Of a stretch of 64,000 nt of DNA, positions 1-9,737 are shown piece by piece (the first letter of the stretch is position 1; each line of letters opens with the position of its first letter). Made by a program: the position numbers and the translations under genes. A model generated the notes under the pieces. It saw nothing but the letters and a program-made list of their open reading frames with translations. It ran no database searches and had not been told where the DNA came from. This DNA comes from Terrimicrobiaceae bacterium. GTDB taxonomy: Bacteria; Verrucomicrobiota; Verrucomicrobiia; Chthoniobacterales; Terrimicrobiaceae. The stretch lies in NCBI GenBank assembly GCA_041752695.1, contig JBGSVZ010000005.1, positions 43,126-107,125 of the forward strand. The letters run 5' to 3'.

Positions 1-1332
1 CATTCCGGCCATATACGCATCGAGCGAAAAATTTTCGTCCGGGGAATGGGCGTTGTCGTCCGGCAGCGCCAGGCCGAGCATGAAGGAATCGGCTTTGAGG
101 TGTTCCTTGAAAGCGGCAATGATGGGAATACTGCCGCCGCCCCGGACGAGCACACATTCGTGGCCAAATCCTGCCTTGGCGGCTCTCATGCAGGCTTGAG
201 CGAGCGGCCCCGTGGGATCCACGATGTAGGGGCCTCCTCCCTGACCTTCGGTGATGGTCAGCTTGACGGTCGGTGGACAGATGGCCTTGAGGTGTTTTCT
301 CACCAGTGCGAGAATTTTTTTCGGATCCTGATTCGGAACGAGGCGCATCGTCACCTTGGCGCTGGCCCAGGAGGGAACGATCGTCTTCCCGCCCTCGCCC
401 TGATAGCCGCTGGTGAGTCCGTTGATTTCGAACGTGGGCCGCGCCGCGCGTTGTTCGTCCGGGGTGTAGCCCGCCTCCCCGAAGAGAGCGCCGACGCCGA
501 CGGACTTGCGAAATTTGGTTTCGTTGAACGGCACTTTTGCCATTTGCTTGCGCTCGTAAGCGGAGAGTTTCACCACATCGTCGTAGAACCCGGGTATGGC
601 GAACACCCCGCGTTTGTTCCGCAGGGAGCCCAGCATCTGGCAGAGAACCATCGCGGGGTTGTCCACCGCACCGCCGAAGAGTCCCGAGTGCAGGTCCCGG
701 TCCGGGCCGTCGAGACGGATCTCCAAGGGAGCCATGCCGCGCAGGGAATAACAAAGCGCAGGGTGTTTCATGCTGGGAATCTCGGTGTCCGAGACAATCA
801 AGGCCGTGCAGGCGAGTTCCTTCGCAACTTTGGGCAGAAAGCCATAGAGGGCCTTTGAGCCCACTTCTTCCTCGCCCTCGATGAGGAAGTTCACATTGCA
901 GGGCAACTCGTTTCCCGTCTTGAGCCAGGCTTCGACGGCATTAATGTGCGCGAGGTGCTGGCCTTTGTTGTCGCTGATGCCGCGGGCGTAAACATTGCGA
1001 CCGACCCGGCGGGGCTCGAAGGGGGGGGAGGTCCAAAGTTCCAGCGGGTCCGGTGGCTGCACATCGTAGTGGCCGTAAACTAGAAAAGTGGGTTTTTTTG
1101 GGTTTTGTTGCGGCGTTTTAGCAATGACCACGGGATAGCCGGACGTTTTGCGAATCTCGGCCGTGAGGCCCGCTTGGCGGCAGCGGGCGACGAGCCATTC
1201 CGCACATTTCTGCATGTCCCCGGCATGGTCCGATTGGGCACTGATGCTGGGAATGCGGGTGTAGGCGAAAAGTTCTTCAATGAAGCGCTCTTCGTGAGTG
1301 GCGAGGTATTCAAGAACCGCGGCAGGGGTCAT
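1..1332 (-). CDS. M20 family metallo-dipeptidase (3' end runs off the window)
   Basis: Not in the ORF track because it is truncated. The minus strand from ATG at 1332 reads MTPAAVLEYLATHEERFIEELFAYTRIPSISAQ...FLVYGHYDVQPPDPLELWTSPPFEP...ARGISDNKGQ...LIEGEEEVGS, which are M20 metal-binding motifs. Confidence 0.9.
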   Translation of the reverse strand, partial: MTPAAVLEYLATHEERFIEELFAYTRIPSISAQSDHAGDMQKCAEWLVARCRQAGLTAEIRKTSGYPVVIAKTPQQNPKKPTFLVYGHYDVQPPDPLELWTSPPFEPRRVGRNVYARGISDNKGQHLAHINAVEAWLKTGNELPCNVNFLIEGEEEVGSKALYGFLPKVAKELACTALIVSDTEIPSMKHPALCYSLRGMAPLEIRLDGPDRDLHSGLFGGAVDNPAMVLCQMLGSLRNKRGVFAIPGFYDDVVKLSAYERKQMAKVPFNETKFRKSVGVGALFGEAGYTPDEQRAARPTFEINGLTSGYQGEGGKTIVPSWASAKVTMRLVPNQDPKKILALVRKHLKAICPPTVKLTITEGQGGGPYIVDPTGPLAQACMRAAKAGFGHECVLVRGGGSIPIIAAFKEHLKADSFMLGLALPDDNAHSPDENFSLDAYMAGM

Positions 1333-1484
1333 GAAACACGTTTCATACGGTGGGTTGGAGACCCCGGCAACTGAATTGTGTTGCCTCCCTGATCCGAGGC
1401 GTTGCCGGGCTTGTTTTTGTCTTTACATCGGGTCCATCCGTTCGCTTTTTGAGCGGGAGCGTTGGTGTCGAAAGTGACCATTTT

Positions 1485-2795
1485 ATGATAAACAAAATCT
1501 CCCGTGTCAGTAACCGCCCCCAGCTGGCCCGCCAGCTTTGCGTTCCAGTCAGTTTAGCTTTTCTGGTCCTGGTCGGAGGGTGCAAGCCACCGGCGGCCAC
1601 GGATCTCAATGTGGTCCGACCCGTGAAGACCATGGTCGTGGTCGCGGGAGGAGATGCGAAGGTTCGCAGCTTCCCGGGCAAAGTGGAGGCGGCCAAGCAA
1701 GTGGAACTGACCTTTCAAGTGCCCGGTCTGCTGGTGAGCCTTCCGGTTCGTGAGGGACAGCGGGTCACACAAAATGAAGTGATTGCCCAGTTGCGGCAGG
1801 AAGATTTTCAAGCGCGGTTGGCAACGTTGCAGGGCCAACTCGACCGGGCCCGGGCCGACCTCCAGGCGTCCCTTGCGGGCGTCCGACCTGAGGAAAGGCA
1901 GCGCCTCGAATCGCAGGTTCGCTCCGCCGAGGCCTCTCTCGTCAATGCCCGGGCGGAGTTTGGCCGGGCCACACAGTTGTTGCGTTCGCGGACCATTTCG
2001 CGCGTGGAGTTTGACCGCGCGGAAACGACGTATCGGGTGGCGCAGGAAAACGCGGAAGCGGCCCGCCAGACCCTCGACCAAAGCGCGATTGGGCGGGACG
2101 AAGAGATTCAAGCGAGGGCGGCTGAAGTGCGCGGCCTGGAAGGGCGCGTGGTGGAGGCCAATCTTCAATTGAGCGACTCGACGCTGCGGGCGCCTTACGA
2201 CGGAGTGATCGCTCAGCGCTTTGTCGAGCAGGGACAAAATATTCGCGCGAAACAGCCGGTGGTGAAGTTTCAAGATGTGGACGAGATCGAGATCGTGGTG
2301 GACGTGCCGGAGTCCGTCATGGTGGCGGATCTGGGTTCCTCGGATATTCAAAAATTAACGGCGGAATTCAGTGCCGCACCCGGCCGAGTTTTCCCGGTCT
2401 ATCTGAAGGAAATTGCGCAGCGGGCGGATCCGGTCACCCAGACCTTTGCTGTTCGGGTGGCGATGAAAGTTCCGGAGGGACTGAATCTTCTGCCGGGTAT
2501 GACGGCCAGCGTGACACTTACTTATGGGCGGGCTGCGATCCTGGGCGCGGGGATTTCCGTGCCGCTTTCGGCGGTTTTGGAAGAAAGTCCGGGTCAGCAG
2601 GTGGTTTGGGTCATTGGAGAGGGTGACGTGGTGGGTCGCCGTCCTGTCAAATTGGGCGAGGCCTCGGGGAGCCGGATTTCCATCGTGGATGGTTTGCAGC
2701 CCGGTGACCGCATCGCCATTGCGGGTGTGACCTTTCTCCGTGAGGGCATGAAGGTTCGTGATCTCGGGGACGCGCTCGGGGGCGGTCAGCCATGA
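1485..2795 (+). CDS. RND efflux periplasmic adaptor (membrane fusion protein), probable lipoprotein
   Basis: Lipobox-like LVGGC, RPVKT, long coiled-coil hairpin, LRAPYDGVI lipoyl half-motif, ADPVTQTF and PGMTA. ATG 1485 is preferred over the upstream GTG. Confidence 0.92.
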   Translation: MINKISRVSNRPQLARQLCVPVSLAFLVLVGGCKPPAATDLNVVRPVKTMVVVAGGDAKVRSFPGKVEAAKQVELTFQVPGLLVSLPVREGQRVTQNEVIAQLRQEDFQARLATLQGQLDRARADLQASLAGVRPEERQRLESQVRSAEASLVNARAEFGRATQLLRSRTISRVEFDRAETTYRVAQENAEAARQTLDQSAIGRDEEIQARAAEVRGLEGRVVEANLQLSDSTLRAPYDGVIAQRFVEQGQNIRAKQPVVKFQDVDEIEIVVDVPESVMVADLGSSDIQKLTAEFSAAPGRVFPVYLKEIAQRADPVTQTFAVRVAMKVPEGLNLLPGMTASVTLTYGRAAILGAGISVPLSAVLEESPGQQVVWVIGEGDVVGRRPVKLGEASGSRISIVDGLQPGDRIAIAGVTFLREGMKVRDLGDALGGGQP

Positions 2796-5700
2796 ACCCG
2801 GGCGAATTCTCAGTCAAGCACAACCGGGTGGTCCTGGTGGCCATGGTCATGGCCATGGTGGGCGGCATCATTGCGTATCTGAATATTGGCCGGCTGGAGG
2901 ATCCGGAGTTTACGATCAAACAGGCCTTGGTGATTACGCCATATGCCGGAGCCAGTGCAGAGGAGGTGGCTCAGGAGGTGACGAATCCAATCGAGATCGC
3001 CTGCCAGCAATTGGGACAGCTCGACCGGGTTGAGTCGGAATCTTCCCGCGGCAGGTCGGTGGTGTCGGTGACGATAAAAGATCAATACGACAAACACCGG
3101 ATGCCTCAGGTCTGGGATGAACTTCGGCGCAAGGTTGCGGACGTGCAGGCGCAGTTGCCTCCCGCCGTGCGCGGCCAATCGATCGTGGTGGATGATTTCG
3201 GGGACGTATACGGGATTTTCCTCGCGGTCACGGGCGAGGGTTTCTCATTTGCGGAGCAGCGACGTTATGTGGAGTTTCTGCGGCGTGAACTTTTGCAAGT
3301 GCCCGGGGTCAAAAGTGTGGTGCTCTTCGGGGAGCAACGGGAGGTTGTTTTTCTAGAAATTTCCCGGCAGCGACTGGCGCAGTTCGGTCTGAATGAGGAG
3401 ACGATTTACAGTCAGCTCCAGGAAAGAAACATTGCGGCGGACGGCGGACGTATTCAGGTGGGTGACCAGCATATTCCGCTGGATCCGACCGGGGCCTTTG
3501 CGTCCGCCGAAGAGATGCTGGAGTTGGTAATTGGCTCGGATCAGAGCGGACGCCAGTTGCGGCTTGGGGATATCGCGACGATTGAGCGGGGGGATCAGGA
3601 TCCTCCGCGACGGCTGCTTCGCTACGATGGCAATCTGGCCATTGGACTCGGCATCTCCAGCGTGCCAGGGGGTAATGTGGTCAAAATGGGGCAGGCGGTG
3701 AGGGAAAAGCTCGCTGAGCTGAAGAGCAATCAGCCGGTCGGCATGGAAATTGGGGAGATCAATTTCCAGCCCGAGGCGGTCTCATCTGCGGTCAACGAGT
3801 TCATGTTCAACTTGGGCAAGGCCGTCACCATTGTTTTTGTGGTGCTGATCTTTGCCATGGGTCGCAAGACCGGCTTCATCATTGGTGTGGTGCTCTTCCT
3901 CACCATCATGGCGACGTTTCTCGTCATGTACATGAAGGGGGACCTCCTGATGGAACGTATTTCGCTGGGCGCCCTGATCATTGCGCTCTGCATGCTGACG
4001 GATAACGCCATCATCGTGATTGAGGGAATCAAGGTGGGCATCGAATCCGGCCGGAACAAAATTGAAGTGGTCCGGGAGGTGGTGGCGGAAAACATGTGGC
4101 CGCTCTTCGGGGCCACGGCGATTGGCGTCATTGCCTTCGCCGCGATTGGCTTGTCGGAGGACGCCACCGGCGAATACACGAACTCGCTTTTTTGGGTGAT
4201 CCTGATTGCGCTTAGTCTCAGCTGGGTGTCGTCTGTCACCGCCACTCACCTGTTGAGCTACATGATTTTCAATACTGTGGCGGGCGGTGGGAAAGGCGGC
4301 GATCCCTACGCGGCCCTCCCTTTTCGAATTTACCGGAAGCTCTTGATTCTGGCGCTACGTTTCCGCTGGGCGGTCGTGATCGTTTGCGCGTTGGCTTTTG
4401 TGGCGGCGATTTTTGGCTTTCGCAAAGTGGACCAAAGTTTTTTTCCTCCGGCGACCCGGCCGCAGTTCATGGTCGATGTCTTTTTGCCGGCCGGGACGCA
4501 TATCCGGGAAACAGAAGCGGTGGCGGGCAAGATTCAGCAATTTATTCAAAGCCAGCCCGGGGTGACTCATACCACCTCTTTCATCGGGGGTGGCGGTCTG
4601 CGGTTTTTGCTGGTCTATTCTCCCGAAAACGAAAACCGGGCCTATGTGCAGTTTTTGGTCGATGTGGATGACCCCAACAAGATCGCCGGGTTGATCGGAG
4701 TGATTCAGAAACAGCTCGACGACAACTATCCTAATGCCAATGCCATTGCGAAAAAGTTTCTCCTCGGCCCTGGCGACGGCGGACGAATTCAGATCCGTTT
4801 CCGGGGTCCGGATTCGACCGTTCTGCGGGATCTGGGCGATCAGGCGATAAAGATTCTGGACGATGACGGCCAGGCCCTCTGCGTGCGCAGCGACTGGAGT
4901 GAACGGGTGCCGGCCATTCGTCCCGAATTGCTGGAGCTGCAGGCCCGCCGCAATGGCATTACGCGAGTCGATGTCGCCCGTGCGCTGGAGAGCAGCTTCG
5001 AAGGGCGCACCGTGGGCTTCTATCGGGAGCCAGGCTACGCCAGCGCGGGAATTTTCCCCCAGGAGACGCGCCTGCTTCCCATTGTGGTGCGGCCGCCGCT
5101 CGCCGAACGCGAGGACGTCGGCACGATCAACAGTCAGCAGATCTGGAGCCCGGTGGCTAATCGCATGATCCCTCTCAGCCAGGTCACGGGCCGTTCCGAG
5201 GTGGTCTGGGAGGATCCCTTGGTGGCGCGTCGGGATCGATTTCCGACTTTGACCGTTCATGCCGATCCGCGATCCGGTCTGCCGAGTCAGTTGCATGCTC
5301 GGGTGCGTGAGCAGATCGAAAAAATTGCTCTGCCGCCCGGCTACTCGATGGCGTGGGGTGGGGAATACGAGGATTCCTCCCAGGCGCGGGCCGCCCTGGT
5401 CGAGCCTCTGCCCTACGTCCTGGCCTTGATGGTTTTCATCGTGGTGTGTTTGTTTAACTCCATCCGCACCACGGTCTTGATTTGGCTGATCATTCCGCTT
5501 TTCATTATCGCTGTGACGGTCGGACTTCTGCTCACGCGCATGCCGTTCGGTTTCATGGCCACCCTGGGTGTTCTGGCCTTGGGCGGTGAATTGATCAAGA
5601 ATCAGATTGTTGTTCTCAGCAAGGTGCTGACCCTGATCAGCAAGGGAACGCCGCCCTATCAGGCGCTGCTCGATGGGGGCACGGCGAAAATGCGCCCAGT

Positions 5701-5896
5701 GTGCATGGTCGTGCTGACGACGGTGCTGGGGATGATCCCCATGCTTACGGATCCCTTCTTCGGATCCATGGCGGTTTGCATTATGTTCGGTCTTTCCTTC
5801 GCCGCCGTTCTCTCCCTCATCGTCACGCCCGTCCTCTACGCGATGTTTTATGGAATTCAGGAACCGGCCGACGGGTTGCCGGAACCCACCAAATGA
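2792..5896 (+). CDS. RND efflux permease (AcrB/AcrD/AcrF family)
   Basis: 1034 aa; GRLEDPEFTIK, LTDNAII and KMRPVCMVVLTTVLGMIP; two TM bundles; ATGA overlap with the adaptor gene. Confidence 0.95.
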   Translation: MNPGEFSVKHNRVVLVAMVMAMVGGIIAYLNIGRLEDPEFTIKQALVITPYAGASAEEVAQEVTNPIEIACQQLGQLDRVESESSRGRSVVSVTIKDQYDKHRMPQVWDELRRKVADVQAQLPPAVRGQSIVVDDFGDVYGIFLAVTGEGFSFAEQRRYVEFLRRELLQVPGVKSVVLFGEQREVVFLEISRQRLAQFGLNEETIYSQLQERNIAADGGRIQVGDQHIPLDPTGAFASAEEMLELVIGSDQSGRQLRLGDIATIERGDQDPPRRLLRYDGNLAIGLGISSVPGGNVVKMGQAVREKLAELKSNQPVGMEIGEINFQPEAVSSAVNEFMFNLGKAVTIVFVVLIFAMGRKTGFIIGVVLFLTIMATFLVMYMKGDLLMERISLGALIIALCMLTDNAIIVIEGIKVGIESGRNKIEVVREVVAENMWPLFGATAIGVIAFAAIGLSEDATGEYTNSLFWVILIALSLSWVSSVTATHLLSYMIFNTVAGGGKGGDPYAALPFRIYRKLLILALRFRWAVVIVCALAFVAAIFGFRKVDQSFFPPATRPQFMVDVFLPAGTHIRETEAVAGKIQQFIQSQPGVTHTTSFIGGGGLRFLLVYSPENENRAYVQFLVDVDDPNKIAGLIGVIQKQLDDNYPNANAIAKKFLLGPGDGGRIQIRFRGPDSTVLRDLGDQAIKILDDDGQALCVRSDWSERVPAIRPELLELQARRNGITRVDVARALESSFEGRTVGFYREPGYASAGIFPQETRLLPIVVRPPLAEREDVGTINSQQIWSPVANRMIPLSQVTGRSEVVWEDPLVARRDRFPTLTVHADPRSGLPSQLHARVREQIEKIALPPGYSMAWGGEYEDSSQARAALVEPLPYVLALMVFIVVCLFNSIRTTVLIWLIIPLFIIAVTVGLLLTRMPFGFMATLGVLALGGELIKNQIVVLSKVLTLISKGTPPYQALLDGGTAKMRPVCMVVLTTVLGMIPMLTDPFFGSMAVCIMFGLSFAAVLSLIVTPVLYAMFYGIQEPADGLPEPTK

Positions 5897-7233
5897 AACC
5901 TAACTGGCCCATGGCGGACGTTTGGCGGAACTGGCTGCTGTCGGGTGGGGGTTCTTTGCTGGTGGTGGCTTCCGGTTGGGCGCAGGCGGCCGGGGAACCG
6001 GAAGTTTCTGTCGAGGAAGTGGAGGTGAGGAAGCCAACCATCCAGGTCATCGAATCCTCCAACTACGACGCGGATTTCTCTCCGGGTGAGTCGACCACAA
6101 ACACTCCGGCGGAGTTGGACGAGATCTACGCGCCGAACGAGGGGTATTTGGATTCCTTCGGAGCAAATCGTCCCCTCGACCTGTTGAAGATGCCGCTGGA
6201 TTCCCTCTATGAAAAGACGGGCCTCCGGATCGGGGTGGCTAATACCATGCTTTTTATGCAGCCAATGGGGGGCCAGAGTTCCCGCTACGGAGCGGCAGGG
6301 GATCTGGATCTGATGTCCTCCTGGACGCTGATCGGACGGGGAACTCAGGACACGGGGCGGTTTGTTTTCACGGGGGAGTATCGGTATCAGGTTGGCAGCC
6401 AGCCCCCCTCCCGGATTGGCGGGCAGATGGGGACGTTGGTGGCACCGACCGGAACCTTTAATGATCGGGGTTGGGTGATTCGCGACGCCTATTGGGTGCA
6501 ACGACTTTTCGAGGCCAGGGTGCGGATTATCATTGGTCGCGCGGATCCGTCGGACTACGTCGGCTCCCATTGGTTGCAGAATGTGAACAATTCGTTTGTG
6601 AATCGGAATTTTTCCGCGAACGCTTCCATTCCCTTCCCCGGCCACGGTCCGATGCTTGGCATTTCGATACGACCTACCGATCAGTTTTATCTCACGGCCG
6701 GAGCGGCGAACGCCTACAGCACGACCATCCGGAACGAAGTGGATTCGCTTTTTGAAGAGTGGGACATTTTTAGCTTCGGGGAAATTGGCTATACGCCGAC
6801 CTTCCAGGGATTGGGGGCCGGACGATATGCCTTCGGACTTTGGAACATGGACGCCCGGGGCAAGGATAATTTGCCGGCGGACTACGGGTTCACCTTCATC
6901 GCGGACCAGAACCTCACGGAGAACCTCCAGGTTTTTGCCCGCTATTCCTATTCCGACGGAACTCTGACAAATATCCGGCATAATGGTCAGATTGGCTTCG
7001 GGCTGGGCGGACTGCTCGGGCGGAAAGATGATTTGACCGGTGCAGCGTTTTCCTTGGCGGTCCCCCGGAGCGAATTGACCCGCAATGAAGCGGTGCTGGA
7101 GGTCTTTCACCGCTTCCAGGTGACGCAAAATACTCAACTCTCGGTGGGTTTGCAGATGATCGCGAATCCTGGCAACGCGCCTGACAATGAAACGGCGGGA
7201 GCCTTTTATGCCAGGCTGCGGACTTCGTTCTAA
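5893..7233 (+). CDS. Carbohydrate-selective porin-like outer-membrane beta-barrel (OprB family)
   Basis: Signal peptide, amphipathic beta strands, EVFHRFQVT...SVGLQMIANP and C-terminal RLRTSF; ATGA overlap with the RND stop. Confidence 0.75.
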   Translation: MKPNWPMADVWRNWLLSGGGSLLVVASGWAQAAGEPEVSVEEVEVRKPTIQVIESSNYDADFSPGESTTNTPAELDEIYAPNEGYLDSFGANRPLDLLKMPLDSLYEKTGLRIGVANTMLFMQPMGGQSSRYGAAGDLDLMSSWTLIGRGTQDTGRFVFTGEYRYQVGSQPPSRIGGQMGTLVAPTGTFNDRGWVIRDAYWVQRLFEARVRIIIGRADPSDYVGSHWLQNVNNSFVNRNFSANASIPFPGHGPMLGISIRPTDQFYLTAGAANAYSTTIRNEVDSLFEEWDIFSFGEIGYTPTFQGLGAGRYAFGLWNMDARGKDNLPADYGFTFIADQNLTENLQVFARYSYSDGTLTNIRHNGQIGFGLGGLLGRKDDLTGAAFSLAVPRSELTRNEAVLEVFHRFQVTQNTQLSVGLQMIANPGNAPDNETAGAFYARLRTSF

Positions 7234-7288
7234 GATGCCGTGAAAAAAGGAGTGCCGCATCCCGGCGGACCCGATATATCCCTTTTCC

Positions 7289-7849
7289 ATGAGCGAAAAT
7301 TCTCCCGCAGCTGCCGTTAATGCCCTCTCGCAAAGCCGTGGCTGGTTGATCTTCGGAGGGTTGCTTTCGATCTTCGTGGGTTTCATGGCGATGAGTTCGC
7401 CGGTGTTTTTCTCCGCGTTTATCGTGCAGTTTCTGGGGGCTTTTGCGCTGATCAGCGGCTGTATTTCCCTGGCGCTCGCGATCTTTAGCAAACATGTCGC
7501 CCATCGTGTCCTCGATGCGCTTCTGGCACTCATTCGCATCGCCGCCGGCATCGTCCTGCTGCGCTGCGTTGCCTCCAGCATCGCCGTGATCACGCTGATC
7601 CTCGCCGTTTTTCTCATCATCGAAGGCATTTCCTTCATCATCGGTTCCTTCAAACTCCGCGCGCACAGCGGATGGGTCTGGACCCTGATCAATGGCATTG
7701 CCGCTCTTGTCCTCGGGGTGATGGTTTATTCCCGCTGGCCCTCGGACTCCTGGTGGGTTCTGGGTCTTTTCTACGGGATCAACTCGATCTTCTGGGGAGT
7801 TTCGCTCCTGGCCCTCGGTTTCGGTGCGCCGAAGCAAGCGGCAGCGTAG
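7289..7849 (+). CDS. HdeD/DUF308 family membrane protein
   Basis: 186 aa with about 6 TM segments; GWVWTLINGI...WPSDSWWVLGLFYGINSIFWG signature. Confidence 0.88.
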   Translation: MSENSPAAAVNALSQSRGWLIFGGLLSIFVGFMAMSSPVFFSAFIVQFLGAFALISGCISLALAIFSKHVAHRVLDALLALIRIAAGIVLLRCVASSIAVITLILAVFLIIEGISFIIGSFKLRAHSGWVWTLINGIAALVLGVMVYSRWPSDSWWVLGLFYGINSIFWGVSLLALGFGAPKQAAA

Positions 7850-7953
7850 CGACGGTATTCTGGGCAGGGTTGGCCCCGACCACTTTTGAGCGGCGTGGTG
7901 TTGCCGCAAGCGTCGGGTGACGGTCAGGCCGTTCTGGAACACGCATCCTGGGA

Positions 7954-8041
7954 TACAAGCGGTTGCCTTCCCGAGGTCATTCCTTTGAAAAAAGACTTCT
8001 TGAATGTAAACCTCGTTTTCTGAAGGATGCAACCGCTTGCA
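7954..8041. promoter_or_regulatory. Pair of LacI-type operator-like palindromes
   Basis: TGCAACCGCTTGCA (8028-8041) fits TGNAANCGNTTNCA exactly; TACAAGCGGTTGCC (7954-7967) is a near match. Both lie upstream of the PEP-CTERM gene. Confidence 0.6.
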
Positions 8042-8078
8042 CGAGCAGGTATTTTTTGAGGATTAAAAAATTACGGCC

Positions 8079-9140
8079 ATGAATCGTCTAAACAAAATCT
8101 TTCCATCCATCTTTGTGCGTTCCCTGTTGGTAGGGGCGTGTGTTGTGGTGGGAGGCGTCGCCAACTCTTGGGCGGTTTTGCCTTTCGTCGTTTCAAACAC
8201 GACGACGGGAGTACTCGACCCAGTTCATGCGACGTGGACCGGCAATGGAACCGTGCAAAACAATTTGTTTCCTGGAAACTGGACCAGCACGGCCTCCACA
8301 AACAAGGACGTTTTGGCCAATAATTTCTCAACCGGCACGCTGTCGATCAAGCCCGGTTCACTTTATCCCAATCCGAGGATTTCCACCAACCAGGGAGTGA
8401 GTGTTTCTACCTCCCTGACCGGCGGAACGGGAGATCTGGTGATGGTAAATTCGACGAATTTCGATGATAGTGCGACGAAGTATAACAGTATCGCGTTGAC
8501 GGACCTTCAAGGGGTGACATCCATCTCGTTGACGATCAGCTTTGTGCAACCGATTGCCGCGCGTTCCGATTTTACGACCCTCAATCTTGATTCCTTCCCC
8601 GTAGGAGCCGCTCTGGGTTTGGTGAGCACAGGCTCCGGACTTGCTCTCACCGATTTTAACGTTGCGATGTCTTACGGGCAGGTTTATTCGGACGCGAACG
8701 ACGATGGTGTGTTCATCGGCGGTGTTCCCAGCACCGCGCGTCCGTTAATTTCGGGAGGCTGGGTGGGAACTTCAACGACTCCGGTTTACGGCACCCCGGG
8801 GGCGACAAGCTTCAATTCGAGCGGATTTACCGGGTTGATTAACGTGCTTGGTGCAGGAGATACGGATTTTCTAATGGTCCGCGGATGGGATACGAGCAAT
8901 AACGGCACCTTTAGTCCTGCAACGGAGGCGGACTTGGTTTACGTTTCGTCGCTCACATGGACGATCACGCCCGATGCGGGAAAAACTTTTGCGGCGGGAA
9001 CAGAATTCACGATTTCCATGGATGGTCAGCAGCATGCCAATCTCAATGCGGTTCCCGAGCCCTCCGCATGGATTCTCATGGGGGCAACCGGTGTGACCTG
9101 CTTGATTCTGCGGCGTCGCGGGGCGCGGCGGGCGGCTTAA
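8079..9140 (+). CDS. PEP-CTERM sorting domain surface protein
   Basis: Signal peptide, Thr/Ser/Gly/Asn-rich body, then VPEPSAWILMG, a TM segment and an RRRGARR tail. Confidence 0.92.
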   Translation: MNRLNKIFPSIFVRSLLVGACVVVGGVANSWAVLPFVVSNTTTGVLDPVHATWTGNGTVQNNLFPGNWTSTASTNKDVLANNFSTGTLSIKPGSLYPNPRISTNQGVSVSTSLTGGTGDLVMVNSTNFDDSATKYNSIALTDLQGVTSISLTISFVQPIAARSDFTTLNLDSFPVGAALGLVSTGSGLALTDFNVAMSYGQVYSDANDDGVFIGGVPSTARPLISGGWVGTSTTPVYGTPGATSFNSSGFTGLINVLGAGDTDFLMVRGWDTSNNGTFSPATEADLVYVSSLTWTITPDAGKTFAAGTEFTISMDGQQHANLNAVPEPSAWILMGATGVTCLILRRRGARRAA

Positions 9141-9206
9141 TTCGCTGAACGCGGATTCGTTTCTCGTGATGTTTCCTGGGAACGACCTTGGTCGAAAGCT
9201 CCCTTG

Positions 9207-9737
9207 CTAGTTTTCCGTTAATTTAACGCTCGCCGCGGCAAGCGCGTTCGCCAGGTCCCGCTGGCGCAGGACGGGGAATCGCGCGAAGAGGAGGGTTTCA
9301 GTCGGCCCCCACAGACTCACCCAGGCGACGATGATCAGGCTCTCGCTCAGAATGGTGAAAAGACGACCGTCCCCCAAAAGCAGCACCGCCTCGCTGATGG
9401 CAATTAAGAGGGCCACCGCCAGGAGGGCGAGAACGAACGTCCAGCGGCCTTTGTAGGCGATCGTGCGCAGGTCTTCGCGGCATTCCGCCAGCTCGCTGCG
9501 AAAGTGGGCTTGAATGGCCGTTTCGACCTCCGCCTGCCGTCCCCGGTCGGCGGCAGGGACGGTGATTTCGATTCGAAAAGCTGAGCGCCGCGGATGCTCG
9601 GCGGCCTCCGCCCGGATGGCTCTGGCGACTTCGGGGTGGATACCAGGCCCGGCCATCGGCGAATGACCGAGATCGAGCAAACGATCAACCGAATGGACGG
9701 CAAGGTGAAGGGTGATTTCGGACGCGGGAGCGCTCAA
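9207..9737 (-). CDS. Hypothetical membrane protein (2 TM)
   Basis: 176 aa; its TTG start overlaps the permease stop (TTGA); ESLIIVAWVSLWGPTE segment. Confidence 0.7.
   Translation of the reverse strand: MSAPASEITLHLAVHSVDRLLDLGHSPMAGPGIHPEVARAIRAEAAEHPRRSAFRIEITVPAADRGRQAEVETAIQAHFRSELAECREDLRTIAYKGRWTFVLALLAVALLIAISEAVLLLGDGRLFTILSESLIIVAWVSLWGPTETLLFARFPVLRQRDLANALAAASVKLTEN

Noticed and set aside
46..858. 270-aa plus-strand ORF
   Set aside because: Antisense shadow of the minus-strand M20 peptidase.
5857..7698. 613-aa minus-strand ORF
   Set aside because: Antisense to the porin and HdeD genes; no motifs; expected at high GC.
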